A model generated the notes under the pieces. It had not been told where the DNA came from, did no database searches, and saw nothing but the letters and a program-made list of their open reading frames with translations. From positions 1 to 64,000 of the forward strand of contig CAVTHK010000013.1 in NCBI GenBank assembly GCA_963734495.1: a DNA stretch of 64,000 nt. The letters run 5' to 3'. This DNA is from an uncultured Spirochaetota bacterium (GTDB taxonomy: Bacteria > Spirochaetota > Spirochaetia > SZUA-6 > CAVTHK01). The position numbers and the translations under genes were made by a program. Shown one piece after another: positions 39,464-50,956 of the stretch (position 1 is its first letter; the number at the start of each line of letters is the position of its first letter).

Positions 39464-40553
39464 GTGAACAAGATCACCAGCATCGAGACGTTTGCCACGC
39501 GGCAGCTCTGCCTGGTGCGCGTGCGCACCGACGACGGGTCCGAAGGTTGGGGCCAGACCGCGCCCTTCAACGCGGACATCACGGCCGACGTCCTGCACCG
39601 CCAGGTGGCGCCCACGGCGCTCGGCGCGGACTCGAGCGACATCGGCGCCCTGGTCGACCGCTGCATCCTGAGCCAGTACAAGTTCCCGTGGTCGTACGTG
39701 TCGCGCGCCGCCTGCGGCATCGACACGGCGCTGTGGGACCTGCGCGGCAAGCGCGAGGGCAAGGGCGTCTGCGAGCTGTTCGGCGCGACGCCCGGCCGCG
39801 TTCCGGTCTACGGCTCGAGCATGCAGCGCGAGCTCCCGCCCAAAGACGAGGCCGCGCGCATGAAGCGCCTGCGCGAGGAGCGCGGCTTCGGCGCCTTCAA
39901 GCTGCACGTCATGAAGCCCAACGGCAACAACGCCGACGTGTACCCCGGCCGCACCGAGGAAGTCCTGCGCCTCGTGCGCAAGGCCGTCGGCGACGCCGAG
40001 ATCTACATGGATCCCAACGGCGCCTACACGCCCGACAAGGCCATCGAGGCGGCCAAAGTCTACAAGGAGCACGGCGTGGTGTTCTTCGAGGAGCCGTGCC
40101 CGTTCTGGGAGATCGAGCAGACGCGCCGAGGTGGCCAAGGCGCTCGAGATGCCCGTGGCCGGAGGCGAGCAGGACAACAACCTGGCGCAGTGGCGCAGGA
40201 TCTTCGCCATCGGCGCGGTCGACATCGCCCAGCCGGACATCGGCTACATCGGGGGCCTCGCCGGATGCTCAAGGTCGCCGAGATGGCAAAGGCGCACGGC
40301 GCGCGCTGCACGCCGCACACGGCCAACCGCTCGCTGCTCACGGTCTTCGGTCTGCACGCGATGCGGGTGGTGCCCAACGGGTTCCCGCTTCCTCGAGTAC
40401 AGCATCGAGGACACCCCGTGGACCGACAACCTCTACGACCCCGCGCCCGAGGTCGTCGACGGCAAGGTCGCCGTGCCCGAGGGCCCCGGGTGGGGAGTGC
40501 GCATCCGCCAGGAGTGGCTCGACAAGGCGGCCTACAAGAAGAGCGAGAAATAA
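39464..40553 (+). CDS. Mandelate racemase/muconate lactonising (enolase superfamily) enzyme, frameshifted
   Basis: VRTDDGSEGWG, GIDTALWDLRGK, FKLH, MDPN, FEEP, GGEQ and QPDIGYIGG. Confidence 0.85.
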
Positions 40554-40608
40554 ACTAGAGAAGAAGGCGCGCCGCCCGGCCGCGCCGTTCCCCGCCCGGC
40601 GGCGCGGT

Positions 40609-41910
40609 CTACTTCAGGAAGAGCTCGATCACGGGCACGGTCACCGGCGGCTTCTTGACCGGGATCTCGAGCGTGAGCAGCCGCGCGTCGCGGCTCTCCT
40701 TCATCGCGCCGTATTCCGCCTCCGGGACGCGGCGCAGCATCCGGATCTCGGAAGCGTCGTTCAGCAGCTGCGCGTACTCGACCCGGTCGGCCATCCCGTC
40801 GAGGTGGATGTGGCGGAAGGGCCAGGCGAACACGTGCAGGTACAGCCGCCTCGTCTCCGGGTTCCACGTGAGGCGGCAGTCCGGGCGGACACGGCGATGT
40901 CGGCCGGCGCCTGCGTGCAGCCGTAGATCGAGCGGCCGTGCCGCCTCATCCACTCCCCCATTCCCGCCAGGCGCTCGAGCGCGCGGTCGTCGATCTCGCC
41001 CCGCCCCGTCGGCCCGACGTTCAGCAGCAGGTTGCCGCCCTTGCTCACGGTGTCGATGAGCATCTGCACGAGCTGCTCGACGCTCTTCCACGACTCCTCG
41101 TCCCGGTGGTAGCCCCACGAGCCGCTAAAGGTCTGGCAGGCCTCCCACACCACCGGCTGCCCGTCGACGCGCACCCACTCGCGCGGCATGAACTGCTCGG
41201 GCGTCTTGATGTCCTGGTCGATCTCGAGGCGGTCGTTGACGAGGATGCGCGGCGCGAGCTCACGCACCAGGGCCAGCAGCTTCTCGCTCTGCCAGACGTC
41301 CTTGCCCTTGCCCGCGAAGCGGTCGCTCGGCCGCGGCGAGAAGTCGAACCACAGGATGTCGATCTTGCCGAAGCGCGTGAGCAGCTCGCGCGTCTGGCCG
41401 TGCAGGTACTCGACGTAGCGGCGGATGTCGCGCTTCGCTGTCTGCCGCCGCGTACGCGGCGTCGTTGCGCATCGGGTGGTGCTGGTCGAGCGTGTAGTCG
41501 GGGTGGTGCCAGTCGAGCAGCGAGTGATAGAAGCCCGTGCGCAGCCCGCGGCGGCGGAACGCGTCGACCATCGGGGCGAGCAGGTCGCGGCCGTAGGGCG
41601 TGCTCGTCGCCTTGTAGTCGGTGAGCGTCGCTGTCCCACAGGCAGAAGCCCTCGTGGTGCTTTGTCGTGACGACAAAGTAGCTCATGCCCGCGTCGGCCG
41701 CGGCCCGCGCCCACGACGTCCGGGTCGTAGAGGTCCGGGTCGAAGTGCGCGGAAGTACTTCGCGTAGGTCTCGTCGTCGATCTCCTCGCGGCTCTTGACC
41801 CACTCGTGACGCGCGGCGAGCGAGTAGAGCCCCCAGTGCACGAACAGGCCGAAGCGGTCGTGCGTGAACCAGGACGTGTCGCCGGGCGTCGGGACGGTCT
41901 GCAGGCTCAT
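40609..41910 (-). CDS. Alpha-L-fucosidase (GH29), frameshifted
   Basis: [35 protein letters not shown] and [10 protein letters not shown]. Confidence 0.9.
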
Positions 41911-41957
41911 CGGAGCCCTCCTTGCAGTGGCGGCCGCGCGCCGCAGCCGGCCCGCGC

Positions 41958-42992
41958 TCACGCGGCGTGCGCCTTGCGGAACTCCTCGAACAGGCGCACG
42001 GAGACCTTGTTCTGCTCCCTGATCGAGAGCTTGTACGGGCATTTCTCCTCGCACTGCCCGCAGTCGGTGCACGAGGCGTGCGACGCGACCGCGGCCGCCG
42101 TCCCGCCGGTGAGGACCTTGTCGGCCGGGAACCGCTTGAGGAACGAGACCATGTTCATGAGCGTCACGATCTCGCACGCCCTCGGGGCAGGGCATGCAGT
42201 AGCCGCAGCGGCGGCAGAAGCGCGTGCCGAGCTCCGCCCGGATGCGGCGCATCTTCTCGCGGTCGGCGTCGTCGAGCGGCCGCGCCGCCTCGCACAGGGC
42301 GACGACCTCCTCGACCTCGGCCGTGCGCTCGAAGCCCGGGTCGAGGGCCACGTCCGGATACTGCATCAGGAAGCGGACGCAGAGGCTCGCGTCCTCCAGC
42401 GACTCCGCCCGCAAAGGGCTTCATCGCGATAAAGCCCGCGTCGCGGGCCCGGCACTTCTCCAGGACGCTCGCGTTGTCCTCGGCCACGATGAAATTGAAG
42501 GGCCACTGCAGCACTTCGATCTCCGGGTGATCGAGCACGGCGAGCGCGGCGTCGCGCGTGTGGGCCGAGGCGCCGACGTGCCGCACGACTCCGCGCGTCT
42601 TGGCTTCGAGCGCCGCCTCGAGGGTGCCGTTGGCGATCATCGCGGCCCACGCCTCGGGGCTGCCGACGTTGTGGAACTGGTACAGGTCGATCGTTGTCCA
42701 CGCCGAGCCGCTGCAGCGAGAGCTCGAGGTGCTTGCGCAGGTCCGCCGGCGTCTTCGCCGGGGTCTTGGTGAACAGCCGCAGCCGGTCGCGGTCGTAGCC
42801 GCGGATGGCGCGACCGATGCGCTCCTCCGAAGGGCCGTAGCCGTGGGCCGTGTCGAACCAGTCGATGCCCAGGTCGAGCGCCCGGCGGATCACCCGCGTC
42901 GCGGTCTCGTCGTCGACGCGCTGGATCGGGATGCCGCCGAAACCCGCCCGCGTCACCATCATGCCTGTCCTGCCGAGCCTGATGCGTTCCAT
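41958..42992 (-). CDS. Aldo/keto reductase with a C-terminal 4Fe-4S dicluster domain, frameshifted
   Basis: [36 protein letters not shown] and [12 protein letters not shown]. Confidence 0.85.
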
Positions 42993-43048
42993 GGCGGCGG
43001 GATCTTACCGGCCGGGAGGGTCAATGGGAAGGCTGCCGCCGCGGGGCG

Positions 43049-44458
43049 CTACCCGGTCCAGCGATCCCCGATCGAGCGGCGGTCGCGCCCGACCTCTTCG
43101 AACCATGCGGAGAGCGCGGCGAGCATCGAGGCGACCCTCTCGGGCTGAGCCGCCGCGAGGTCCCGGCTCTCGCAGGGATCCTCGGCGATGTTGAAGAGCT
43201 GGGCCGGCGGCGGAGCCGGCAGACGGCGCTCCGGGAACGGGCTCTCGTCGGGCTTCCAGTCCTCCCACGGCGCGGAGCGGAGCTCGCCGTCCCGGCGCTG
43301 CTCCTCGGGGTCGGTCCAGACGCTCTCCCGGATCACCGGGCGCACCAGCTTCCAGTCGCCGTCGCGCATCGCGGCGTTGGACTCGATGACCGGCTCGTAG
43401 CGATTCCACTGCCAGAAGCGCGGCGGCGGCCCCGACGCTTCGAGCTCGCGCAGCGCGGGCAGCACGCTGCGGCCGTCGAGCGCCAGGCCCTGCGGGACGG
43501 CCGCTCCCGCGGCCGCGAGCAGCGTGGGGAACCAGTCGCAGAAGTGCACCATCCGGTCGCACGTCCTTCCGGCGTCGAGGCCGCCGGGCCAGCGCAGCAG
43601 CATGGGGACCCGGATGCCGCCTTCATATACATTGCCTTTGGCGCCGTTGAAGTTGCAGTTAAAGCGGTGCGTCCGGCCTTCGCCTTCGCCGCCGAACTGC
43701 GGCCCGTTGTCGCTGGTGAACATGACCAGCGTGTCGTCGCGCAGGCCGAGCCGGTCGAGCTCCTCGAGCAGCCGGCCCACGCCGCGGTCCAGCGCCTCCA
43801 CCATGGCGTAGATGGTGCTCACGGCGCGCGTGTGCCGCCCGCGCTCCGCGTACGGCCGCACGAGCTCTTCGGGGGCCTGAAGCGGAGTGTGCGGGGCGTT
43901 GTAGGCCATGAGCAGAAAGAACGGCCCGTCCCTGTGCCGCCGCAGGAACGCGATCCCTTCGTCGGTGAACACCTCGGTGAGGTAGCGTCCGTCGGAGCGC
44001 TCGAACGTCCCGTTGCGATCGAGGATCCATCTCCAGTAGTCCTGCCAGCCGCTTCGAAACCCGACGAACTCGGCGAAGCCGCGGGCGTTGGGATGGAAGC
44101 GCCGCAAGAGGCAGCCGTTGTGCCACTTGCCCACGTAGCCGGTGGCATAGCCTTCGCCGCTGAGCACGTCGCCAAGCGTCCGCTCGCGCAGGGCGAGGTT
44201 GCAGAGGCCCCGCAGCTCCCTCGTCTCCAGCGCCCCGGTGCGGTGGGCGTAGCGTCCGGTCAGCAGCGACGCACGCGAGGGGGCGCAGATGGGCGAGCCC
44301 GAGTAGTGCTGGGTCAGGCACAGGCCCTGCGCGGCGAGCGCGTCCAGGACCGGCGTCCGCGTGAGGCCGCCGTTGAACAGGCCGAAATCGCCGTACCCCA
44401 GGTCGTCGGCCAGGATCAGGAGCACGTTGGGCCGGGAGCCCCGATTCAGCGCGGCCAT
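43049..44458 (-). CDS. Formylglycine-dependent sulfatase (arylsulfatase-like)
   Basis: ILADDLGYGD, CAPSRASLLTG, GKWH and SDNG. Confidence 0.92.
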   Translation of the reverse strand: MAALNRGSRPNVLLILADDLGYGDFGLFNGGLTRTPVLDALAAQGLCLTQHYSGSPICAPSRASLLTGRYAHRTGALETRELRGLCNLALRERTLGDVLSGEGYATGYVGKWHNGCLLRRFHPNARGFAEFVGFRSGWQDYWRWILDRNGTFERSDGRYLTEVFTDEGIAFLRRHRDGPFFLLMAYNAPHTPLQAPEELVRPYAERGRHTRAVSTIYAMVEALDRGVGRLLEELDRLGLRDDTLVMFTSDNGPQFGGEGEGRTHRFNCNFNGAKGNVYEGGIRVPMLLRWPGGLDAGRTCDRMVHFCDWFPTLLAAAGAAVPQGLALDGRSVLPALRELEASGPPPRFWQWNRYEPVIESNAAMRDGDWKLVRPVIRESVWTDPEEQRRDGELRSAPWEDWKPDESPFPERRLPAPPPAQLFNIAEDPCESRDLAAAQPERVASMLAALSAWFEEVGRDRRSIGDRWTG

Positions 44459-44474
44459 CGAGCGGACGCCCCCG

Positions 44475-45653
44475 TCACACCAGGACGAGCTCGCGCTGCA
44501 CCGGGCCCGTGACTTCGACCTCGCCCGACGCCGTGATGAAGACGTTGACCTCGGATCGAGCGGCCATGCGTCCTTCGAGGTAGATGCCGGGCTCGATGGA
44601 GAAGCAGAGCCCGGGGATGAGCCTGCGGTCGTCGTGCGTCTCGAGGTTGTCCATGTTCGCGCCGTTGCCGTGCACGGTGTTCCCGATCGAGTGGCCGGTG
44701 CGGTGGAGGAACCGCTCGCCGTAGCCGCCCGCCGCGATCACCGCGCGGCAGGCGTCGTCGACCTCCCAGCCGCGGCAGCCCTCCGGGCCAGCCAGGCGCG
44801 CGCGGATAAAGTCCACGGCCGCGTCGCGGGCGCTGCACACGAGCGCGAAGATCGCGCGGTACTCGGCGGGAGGCTCGGTGCCGGCGAAGCCGCACCAGGT
44901 GATGTCGTGGTAGATGCTGCCCGGCTCGTCGAGCCTGGCCCAGAGGTCGATCAGGACCGCATCGCCCCGGCGGATCTGCCGCGTGCCGTCTTCGCGGCAT
45001 TCGAAGTGCGGGTCGGCCGCGTGGTCGTTGACCCCCACCATCGGCGGGTGGTCGTCGCAGGTGAGCCCCTCGCGCTCGAAGGCGGCGAGGATCCGCTGCT
45101 GCACCTCGTACTCGGAGATCGGCCTTCCGGCGAGCAAGGCGCGTCGGATCTCGTCGAACGCCCCGTCCTTGACGCCGTGCACCCGGCGGCCGGCTTCGAT
45201 GTGCCCGCGGTAGCCGCTCTCGTCGATCACGGCCTCGAACCGCTGTGCGAGGTCGACCGAGCTCACCACGTCGCAGCCAAAGCTGCGCACCAGGTCCACG
45301 GTGCCCGAATCGACGAGCGAGATCGTCGGAATGCTCCCCGCGGGCGAGATGTTCATGGCGACGCGGCGCAGGCCGGCGAGGGTCGCGGCGAGGGCCTCGT
45401 GGAGCTCCTGCCAGCCGCGGTACACGATGGCGCGGCCGGGCAGCGCGTCGAGCTTCCATTTTTCCACGCTGCTCACGATCTTGACCGGCTCGCCGCGGGC
45501 GGGCAGCAGGTAGAACCACCGCCTCGTGGCGGACTTGACCGAGTCGAGGCCCAGGACCCGGTAGGCCACCGGGTCCCTCATGTGAAAGTCGTAAAAGAGC
45601 CACGCGTCGAGGCTCTCCTCGGCCAGCGCCGCGGCGATCGCCTTGGGATCCAC
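44475..45653 (-). CDS. M24 family Xaa-Pro aminopeptidase
   Basis: PH, IDLW, DITW, HRTGHSIG, SIEPGIY and RSE. Confidence 0.88.
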   Translation of the reverse strand: MDPKAIAAALAEESLDAWLFYDFHMRDPVAYRVLGLDSVKSATRRWFYLLPARGEPVKIVSSVEKWKLDALPGRAIVYRGWQELHEALAATLAGLRRVAMNISPAGSIPTISLVDSGTVDLVRSFGCDVVSSVDLAQRFEAVIDESGYRGHIEAGRRVHGVKDGAFDEIRRALLAGRPISEYEVQQRILAAFEREGLTCDDHPPMVGVNDHAADPHFECREDGTRQIRRGDAVLIDLWARLDEPGSIYHDITWCGFAGTEPPAEYRAIFALVCSARDAAVDFIRARLAGPEGCRGWEVDDACRAVIAAGGYGERFLHRTGHSIGNTVHGNGANMDNLETHDDRRLIPGLCFSIEPGIYLEGRMAARSEVNVFITASGEVEVTGPVQRELVLV

Positions 45654-45689
45654 GTGAAGGCTCCTTCCTGGGGGCCCGCGCCGCTGCCG

Positions 45690-46821
45690 TCAGCCGCGGC
45701 GAAATCACCACCATGTTGTCGCGGTGCACGACCTCGTCAAAGTACGTCTCGCTGCCGAGCACCTGCGCGATCTTGTCCGAATGCAGCCCCTTGATGCGAT
45801 CGATCTCGTCGCTGGAAAAGTTCGTCAGCCCGCGGGCGATCTCCGCGCCGCCGGCGTCCACGATCGCGACCGTGCTGCCCCGCGCGAAACGGCCGGAAAC
45901 GGCGGTCACCCCGGCCGGCAGCAGCGACTTGCGCCGCTCCACGATCGCCCGCTCGCCGCCCGCGTCGATCGTGACCCTGCCGCTGACCTTGGGGTTGAAC
46001 GCGATCCACTTCCTCTTGCCGCGGATGCGCCGGCGGGCCGGCACGAAAAAGGTCCCCACCTCCGCGCCGTCAAAGAGCGCCGCGAGGTCCGCGGTCTTGC
46101 CCCTCGCGATGATCACCCCGACGCCGCTCGTGGTCGCGATGCGCGCCGCGCGCAGCTTGGACTCCATGCCGCCGAGCGAAAAGGCGCTGCCCTTGCCCCG
46201 CGCGAACTCGAACAGCCGGTCCTCGACGCGCTCGACCGTGCCGATCAGCTCCGCCTGCGGGTCGGTCTTCGGATCGGCGCTGTAGAACCCGTCTATGTCG
46301 CTGAGCAGCACGAGGAGGTCGGCGTCGATCATGTTGGCGAGATGGCCCGACAGCACGTCGTTGTCGCCGAACGTGATCTCCTCAAAAGAGACCGTGTCGT
46401 TCTCGTTGACCACGGGCACCGCGCCGTGCTGCCACAGCGTGAGGATCGTGTTGCGGATGTTGAGGTAGCGCTCGCGCGACTGGATGTCTTCGAGCGTGAG
46501 CAGCACCTGCGCGGTCTCGCAGCCGGATTCCTCGAACTTGCGCTCGTAGGCCTGCATGAGCCGGCTCTGGCCGAGCGAAGCGGCGGCCTGCAGCAGGTTG
46601 ATCTCCTTGGGGCGCGACGCGAGCCCCATCCGGCGCAGGCCGAGGGCGATCGCGCCCGAGGTCACGATCAGGACCTCCCTGCCCCGCCCCAGGAGGGCCG
46701 CCGCCTGGGCGACGATCCTGCCGAGTACCGGCTCGTCCACGGAGTTGTCGCTTCGCGTGAGCACGCTGGTGCCCAGCTTGATCACGATCCTGCGGGCATC
46801 CCTGACCAGGTCTCTCGCCAC
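45690..46821 (-). CDS. proB: Glutamate 5-kinase with PUA domain (stop lost to an indel; end approximate)
   Basis: IVIKLGTSVL, SGAI, NENDTV, FGDND, GGMESK and VVHRDN. Confidence 0.92.
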
Positions 46822-46943
46822 GGCGAGCGAGTATATACCGGGCGGGCCGCCTTTGACACGCCTCCCCGCCGGATCGTACCTTCGCCGCGGCAGCCGCGGC
46901 CGGCGACGACCGCCGACGCGCCCGGCGGCCGAGGAGGCTTGGA

Positions 46944-47249
46944 GTGAGCGAAAAGAGCTGGACCGATCTGCTGGCCGATTTCGTGCCCGATCTCGCGCAG
47001 CTTGCGAAGCAGGACACGGAGTTCATGTCGAAGGACACGGCGCTCCCGGCGCGCGTCAAGCTGCTGATGGCGATGCAGCTCGACGCGGTGTTCAACCACC
47101 CCAGGGGCGTGGTCGGCTACGGCAGGCGGGCCCAGGAGGCGGGCGCCACGGTCGAGCAGATCGCGGACGCGATCCGGATGCTGCGGATGTTCGGGGGCCG
47201 GCCCGCCGTGGCGACCGGCGCCGAGGGCCTGCGCGAGCTGAAGAAGTAG
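46944..47249 (+). CDS. Carboxymuconolactone decarboxylase/AhpD-like protein
   Basis: ALPARVKLLMAMQLDA...AQEAGATVEQIADA. Confidence 0.75.
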   Translation: MSEKSWTDLLADFVPDLAQLAKQDTEFMSKDTALPARVKLLMAMQLDAVFNHPRGVVGYGRRAQEAGATVEQIADAIRMLRMFGGRPAVATGAEGLRELKK

Positions 47250-47260
47250 GCGGCCCCGGG

Positions 47261-48442
47261 TCAGCTCACGTACAGCACGAGGCCCTTGAGGTACTCCGTC
47301 TCGGGGTGGTAGAGGTTGACGGGGTGGTCGACGGCCTGCCGGTGGCGCTGCACGATGCGGGCCGGTCGCCCGGCCTCGGCCGCGGCCTGAAAGACCACCT
47401 TCTGAAAGAGCACGGCGTCGACGTGGCTCGAGCAGGAGAACGTGAACAGCAGCCCTCCGGGGGCGATCTTCTGCAGCGCGACGCGGTTGGCGTCCTTGTA
47501 GGCGCGGCAGGCGCGGACCACGTCCTTTTTGTGCTTGGCGAACGCCGGCGGGTCGAGCACGATCGCGTCGTAGAAGCCGCGGGGCGCGGTGCGCAGGAAC
47601 TCGAACACGTCGGCCTCGTGGAACGAGCCCGAGTCGGCCGCCAGGCCGTTCAGCGCCAGGTTCGCTGCCGCGGCTTCGATCGCGGGGTGCGAGATGTCGA
47701 CGAAGTCGACGTGGCGCGCTCCCCCTTTGAGGGCCGCGATGCCGAACCCGCCGGTGTAGCAGAATCCGTCGAGCACCTGTCTCCCCGCCGCGAGCTCACG
47801 CAGCCAGGCGCGCATGGAGCGCTGGTCGAGAAAGAAGCCGGTCTTCTGCGAGCCCTCGATCGGGACGCGGAAGAGGAGGTCTCCCTCGTGGACGTCCGCG
47901 TGAGCCGAGGCCTTCCCCGCCCGCCAGCCCGCGGCGTGCGCCAGCCCCTCTTCCTTGCGGGACGCCGAATCCGAACGCTCGTAGAGCCCCGCGGGCCTGC
48001 AGACTTCCACGATCAGCCGCACCAGCTCGTCGCGGATGCGGTCGAGGCCCAGCGTGCCGAGCTGCATCACGAGCAGGTCGCCGTAGCGGTCCAGCACGAG
48101 CCCCGGCATGCCGTCGGCCTCGCCGTTGACGACGCGGTAGGCGTCGGTGGCCTCGCCGAGAAGCGCGGCCCGCATCGCCGCCGCCTCTTCGAGACGCGCC
48201 CGCAGCGCGTCCAGCGGCGGGGTCGAGTCGAAGCTCACCATGCGCGCGGTCAGCGAGCACGCGCTGTTGAAGTAGGCGAAGCCGAGGTGCTCGCCCCCCT
48301 CGCCGCGGACCGCGACGAGGCTGCCGTTCTCCGCTTCGGGAAGCGACGCGATCGCGCCCGAGAAGATCCAGTGGTGACGCTGCCTGATCGCTTTTTCCCC
48401 GGCGGCCTTGACTACCAGCGCGTCGGGGTAAGGTCCTGCCAT
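47261..48442 (-). CDS. RlmI-like class I SAM-dependent rRNA methyltransferase
   Basis: HHWIFSG, EADGMPGLVLDRYG, QKTGFFLDQR, VLDPPAF, DHP and ETEYLKG. Confidence 0.88.
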   Translation of the reverse strand: MAGPYPDALVVKAAGEKAIRQRHHWIFSGAIASLPEAENGSLVAVRGEGGEHLGFAYFNSACSLTARMVSFDSTPPLDALRARLEEAAAMRAALLGEATDAYRVVNGEADGMPGLVLDRYGDLLVMQLGTLGLDRIRDELVRLIVEVCRPAGLYERSDSASRKEEGLAHAAGWRAGKASAHADVHEGDLLFRVPIEGSQKTGFFLDQRSMRAWLRELAAGRQVLDGFCYTGGFGIAALKGGARHVDFVDISHPAIEAAAANLALNGLAADSGSFHEADVFEFLRTAPRGFYDAIVLDPPAFAKHKKDVVRACRAYKDANRVALQKIAPGGLLFTFSCSSHVDAVLFQKVVFQAAAEAGRPARIVQRHRQAVDHPVNLYHPETEYLKGLVLYVS

Positions 48443-48820
48443 CGCTGCCTCAGCATCTCGAGGAGCGGGCGGTCCGCCTCGAGAAAATCGTAACGTTCCC
48501 ACTCCGCGGGCACGGCCCAGCGGACCTCGTCGTGCGCCGCGCAGCGGATCTCGCCGCGCAGCGCCAGCACGCGCAGCGCGTGCAGCTCGATGTTGCGGTC
48601 GCCGTAGGCGTGTCCTGCGACGCCCAGCTCCTCGCCGACGTCGGCCTCCACGCCGAGCTCCTCGGCAAGCTCGCGCGCGAGGCACGCGGCCAGGGTCTCG
48701 CCCGTCCTCGACCTTGCCTCCGGGCAGCTCCCAGCGGCCGCCGAACCTGTCGCCTGCGGCGCGCCGCGCGATCAGGAGCTTCCCGTCCCGGATGATCACA
48801 GCCGCCGTCACGCGCGCCAT
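48412..48820 (-). CDS. MutT/NudG-like NUDIX hydrolase, frameshifted
   Basis: LLIARR, WELPGGKVE...ARELAEEL and FLEAD. Confidence 0.85.
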
Positions 48821-48929
48821 GGCATCAGGCTCGCCCGCCGGGGCGTCCCGCGTCAAGCGCCGCGCGCCTTGCGCCCGCGCCCGCGCCGGTCCGTTACCCT
48901 CGCGCGCAAGCTGCATCCGGAGGTGGCCC

Positions 48930-49500
48930 TTGAGCGCACGGGAGATACTCGCCTACCTGAGAGGCCTCGGCCGGCTCAAGAACACGCCCGCGCTCGGGAT
49001 GGAGGCTGCGCGGGATCAAGGACTGCGAGAGCGTGGCGGACCATGCCTACCGCGTCACGCACCTCGTCATGGTCCTGGCCGACGCGCTCGCCGAGCGCGG
49101 CACGGCGCTGGACTCGGCAAAGGCGCTGCGCATGGCGCAGGTCCACGAGATCGGCGAGTCGATCATCGGCGACATCCCCCAGTCGGCCGACTCGCCGATT
49201 TCCGCGGACCTCAAGCAGAAGGCCGAGGCCGCCGCGGTCGAGAGGCTGACGGCCCCCCTGGGAAGCATCGGGGCCGGCTACCGCCGGCTCTGGGAGGAGT
49301 TCGAAGAGTCCAGAACGATCGAGGCCCGGCTCGTGCGCGCGGCGGACAAGCTCGAGATGCTCATCCAGGCGCGCGAGTACGAGCAGGTGGGCTTCCGGGG
49401 CCTCGACGAGTTCTGGACGCACGCGGCCAACCGCCGCAGCTTCGACGATTTCCCCATCGTCGGGGAGGTCCTCGCCCTCATCGAGTCCGAACGCTCGTAG
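48930..49500 (+). CDS. HD-domain hydrolase (HDDC2/YfbR-like), frameshifted
   Basis: LK.TPR.GW, ESVADH, VHEIGESIIGD and ADKLEM. Confidence 0.85.
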
Positions 49501-50911
49501 CGCCCGCCCCCTCGCGGATCGCAAGCGAGACGGCGACAGCCCCGATGCCCGCCAGCGAGATCGCGAGCAGCGCGGCCTGGTAGGCCGGGGCGGCTGCCGC
49601 GGCCGGGACGAGGCCGTCGGCTCCCGCGCGCGCGGCGAGCCGCGCCTCCACGATCACGCCCGAGATCGCCGGCCCGAGGAGCGAGCCGCCGTAGCGCAGG
49701 ACGCTGTAGAGGCCGGCCGCCGCGCCCGACTCGGCCCTGGGGACCGACGCCATGGCCGCGCGGTGCACGGGCGCCAGGTAGACGCCGGCGCCGAGGCCGT
49801 GGACCGCGAGGGCGGCGATCAACGCCCCGAGCGGCCTCGGGGCCCCCGGCAGGCCGAGAAAGGCGAGCACCATCGTCTGCAGGAGCGCGCCCGCGGCGAC
49901 CAGGATGCGCGTTGCGCCGCGGTCGGACCACACGCCGCCGAGCCGCATCGTGACGAGCAGGAAGACGTAGTGGGCCGTGACGATCAGGCCCATCGTGGAG
50001 GCGGGGAGACCGTAGACCTCGGTGAGCATGAGCGGCACCAGGATGTCGAACCCGCTCATGAGGAGCATGCGCGCCCCGGAGCACAGAGAGGCCGGGGTGA
50101 AGTTGGGGATGCGGAGCATCCGCAGGTCGACCAGGGGCCCCTTGACCCTTGTTTCCACCAGGATGAACAGGGCAAAGGCGGCCGCGGCCCCGAGCCCTAA
50201 CCTCCAGTCGCGCAGGCTGCTGACGCCGGTGATGGGACGGCTCGACACGTAGAACAGGAACAGCGTCAGCCCCGCTGCGAAAAGAGCAAGCCCCGTCCAG
50301 TCGACGCCGCCGCGCCGGGCCGGCTCGGACGGCACCGCCCGCCAGATCACGAACAGCCCGAAGATCGCGCCGGCCGCCAGGGGGACGAACGTCGCCCGCC
50401 ATCCGAGCGTGTCGATGAGCAGCCCGCCGACGAACGGGCCGATCATGGCGGCGACCGTGCCCCAGGAGTTCCACTGTCCGAGCGCCTTGCCGCGCTCCTC
50501 CGGCGCGAAGCGGTCGGTGATCACGGCGATGCAGAGCGGGTGGATGCCCGAGTTTCCGGCGCCCTGGATGATGCGCCCCGCGAACAGGAGCCCGAGCCCG
50601 GGCGCCAGCACCATCATGAGCGTGCCCGCGAAGAACACGCCGAGGCCCGCGAGGAAGAGCCTGCGCTTGCCCACCAGGTCCGCGAGCCGGCCGTAGAGCG
50701 GGATGAGACTCAGGTAGGAGAGCTGGTAGGCGGTGTCGAGCCACGCGGTCACGTCAGCCGCGATGGCGAACCGCGCGCGGATGGTCGGCAGCGCCACTCG
50801 CACCATCGACCCGTTGGCGATGGACAGCATGAAGACGATCGAAAGGGCCGCTATCAGCCGCGTCCGCTCCCGCGCCTGCGCCCGACCCGTCTCCGCGGCC
50901 GCCTGAGTCAT
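49478..50911 (-). CDS. MFS transporter (DHA2-like)
   Basis: YGRLADLVGKRR motif A, ERGKALG and many TM helices. Confidence 0.9.
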   Translation of the reverse strand: MTQAAAETGRAQARERTRLIAALSIVFMLSIANGSMVRVALPTIRARFAIAADVTAWLDTAYQLSYLSLIPLYGRLADLVGKRRLFLAGLGVFFAGTLMMVLAPGLGLLFAGRIIQGAGNSGIHPLCIAVITDRFAPEERGKALGQWNSWGTVAAMIGPFVGGLLIDTLGWRATFVPLAAGAIFGLFVIWRAVPSEPARRGGVDWTGLALFAAGLTLFLFYVSSRPITGVSSLRDWRLGLGAAAAFALFILVETRVKGPLVDLRMLRIPNFTPASLCSGARMLLMSGFDILVPLMLTEVYGLPASTMGLIVTAHYVFLLVTMRLGGVWSDRGATRILVAAGALLQTMVLAFLGLPGAPRPLGALIAALAVHGLGAGVYLAPVHRAAMASVPRAESGAAAGLYSVLRYGGSLLGPAISGVIVEARLAARAGADGLVPAAAAAPAYQAALLAISLAGIGAVAVSLAIREGAGATSVRTR

Positions 50912-50956
50912 CTCCCCTCCCGTGCGGCGACATTCTACCGGGAGCGGCGGACGGTG

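Noticed and set aside
44446-46821. 791-aa ProB fusion protein
   Set aside because: The extension is out-of-frame read-through over the M24 peptidase gene, most likely caused by an indel near the proB stop.
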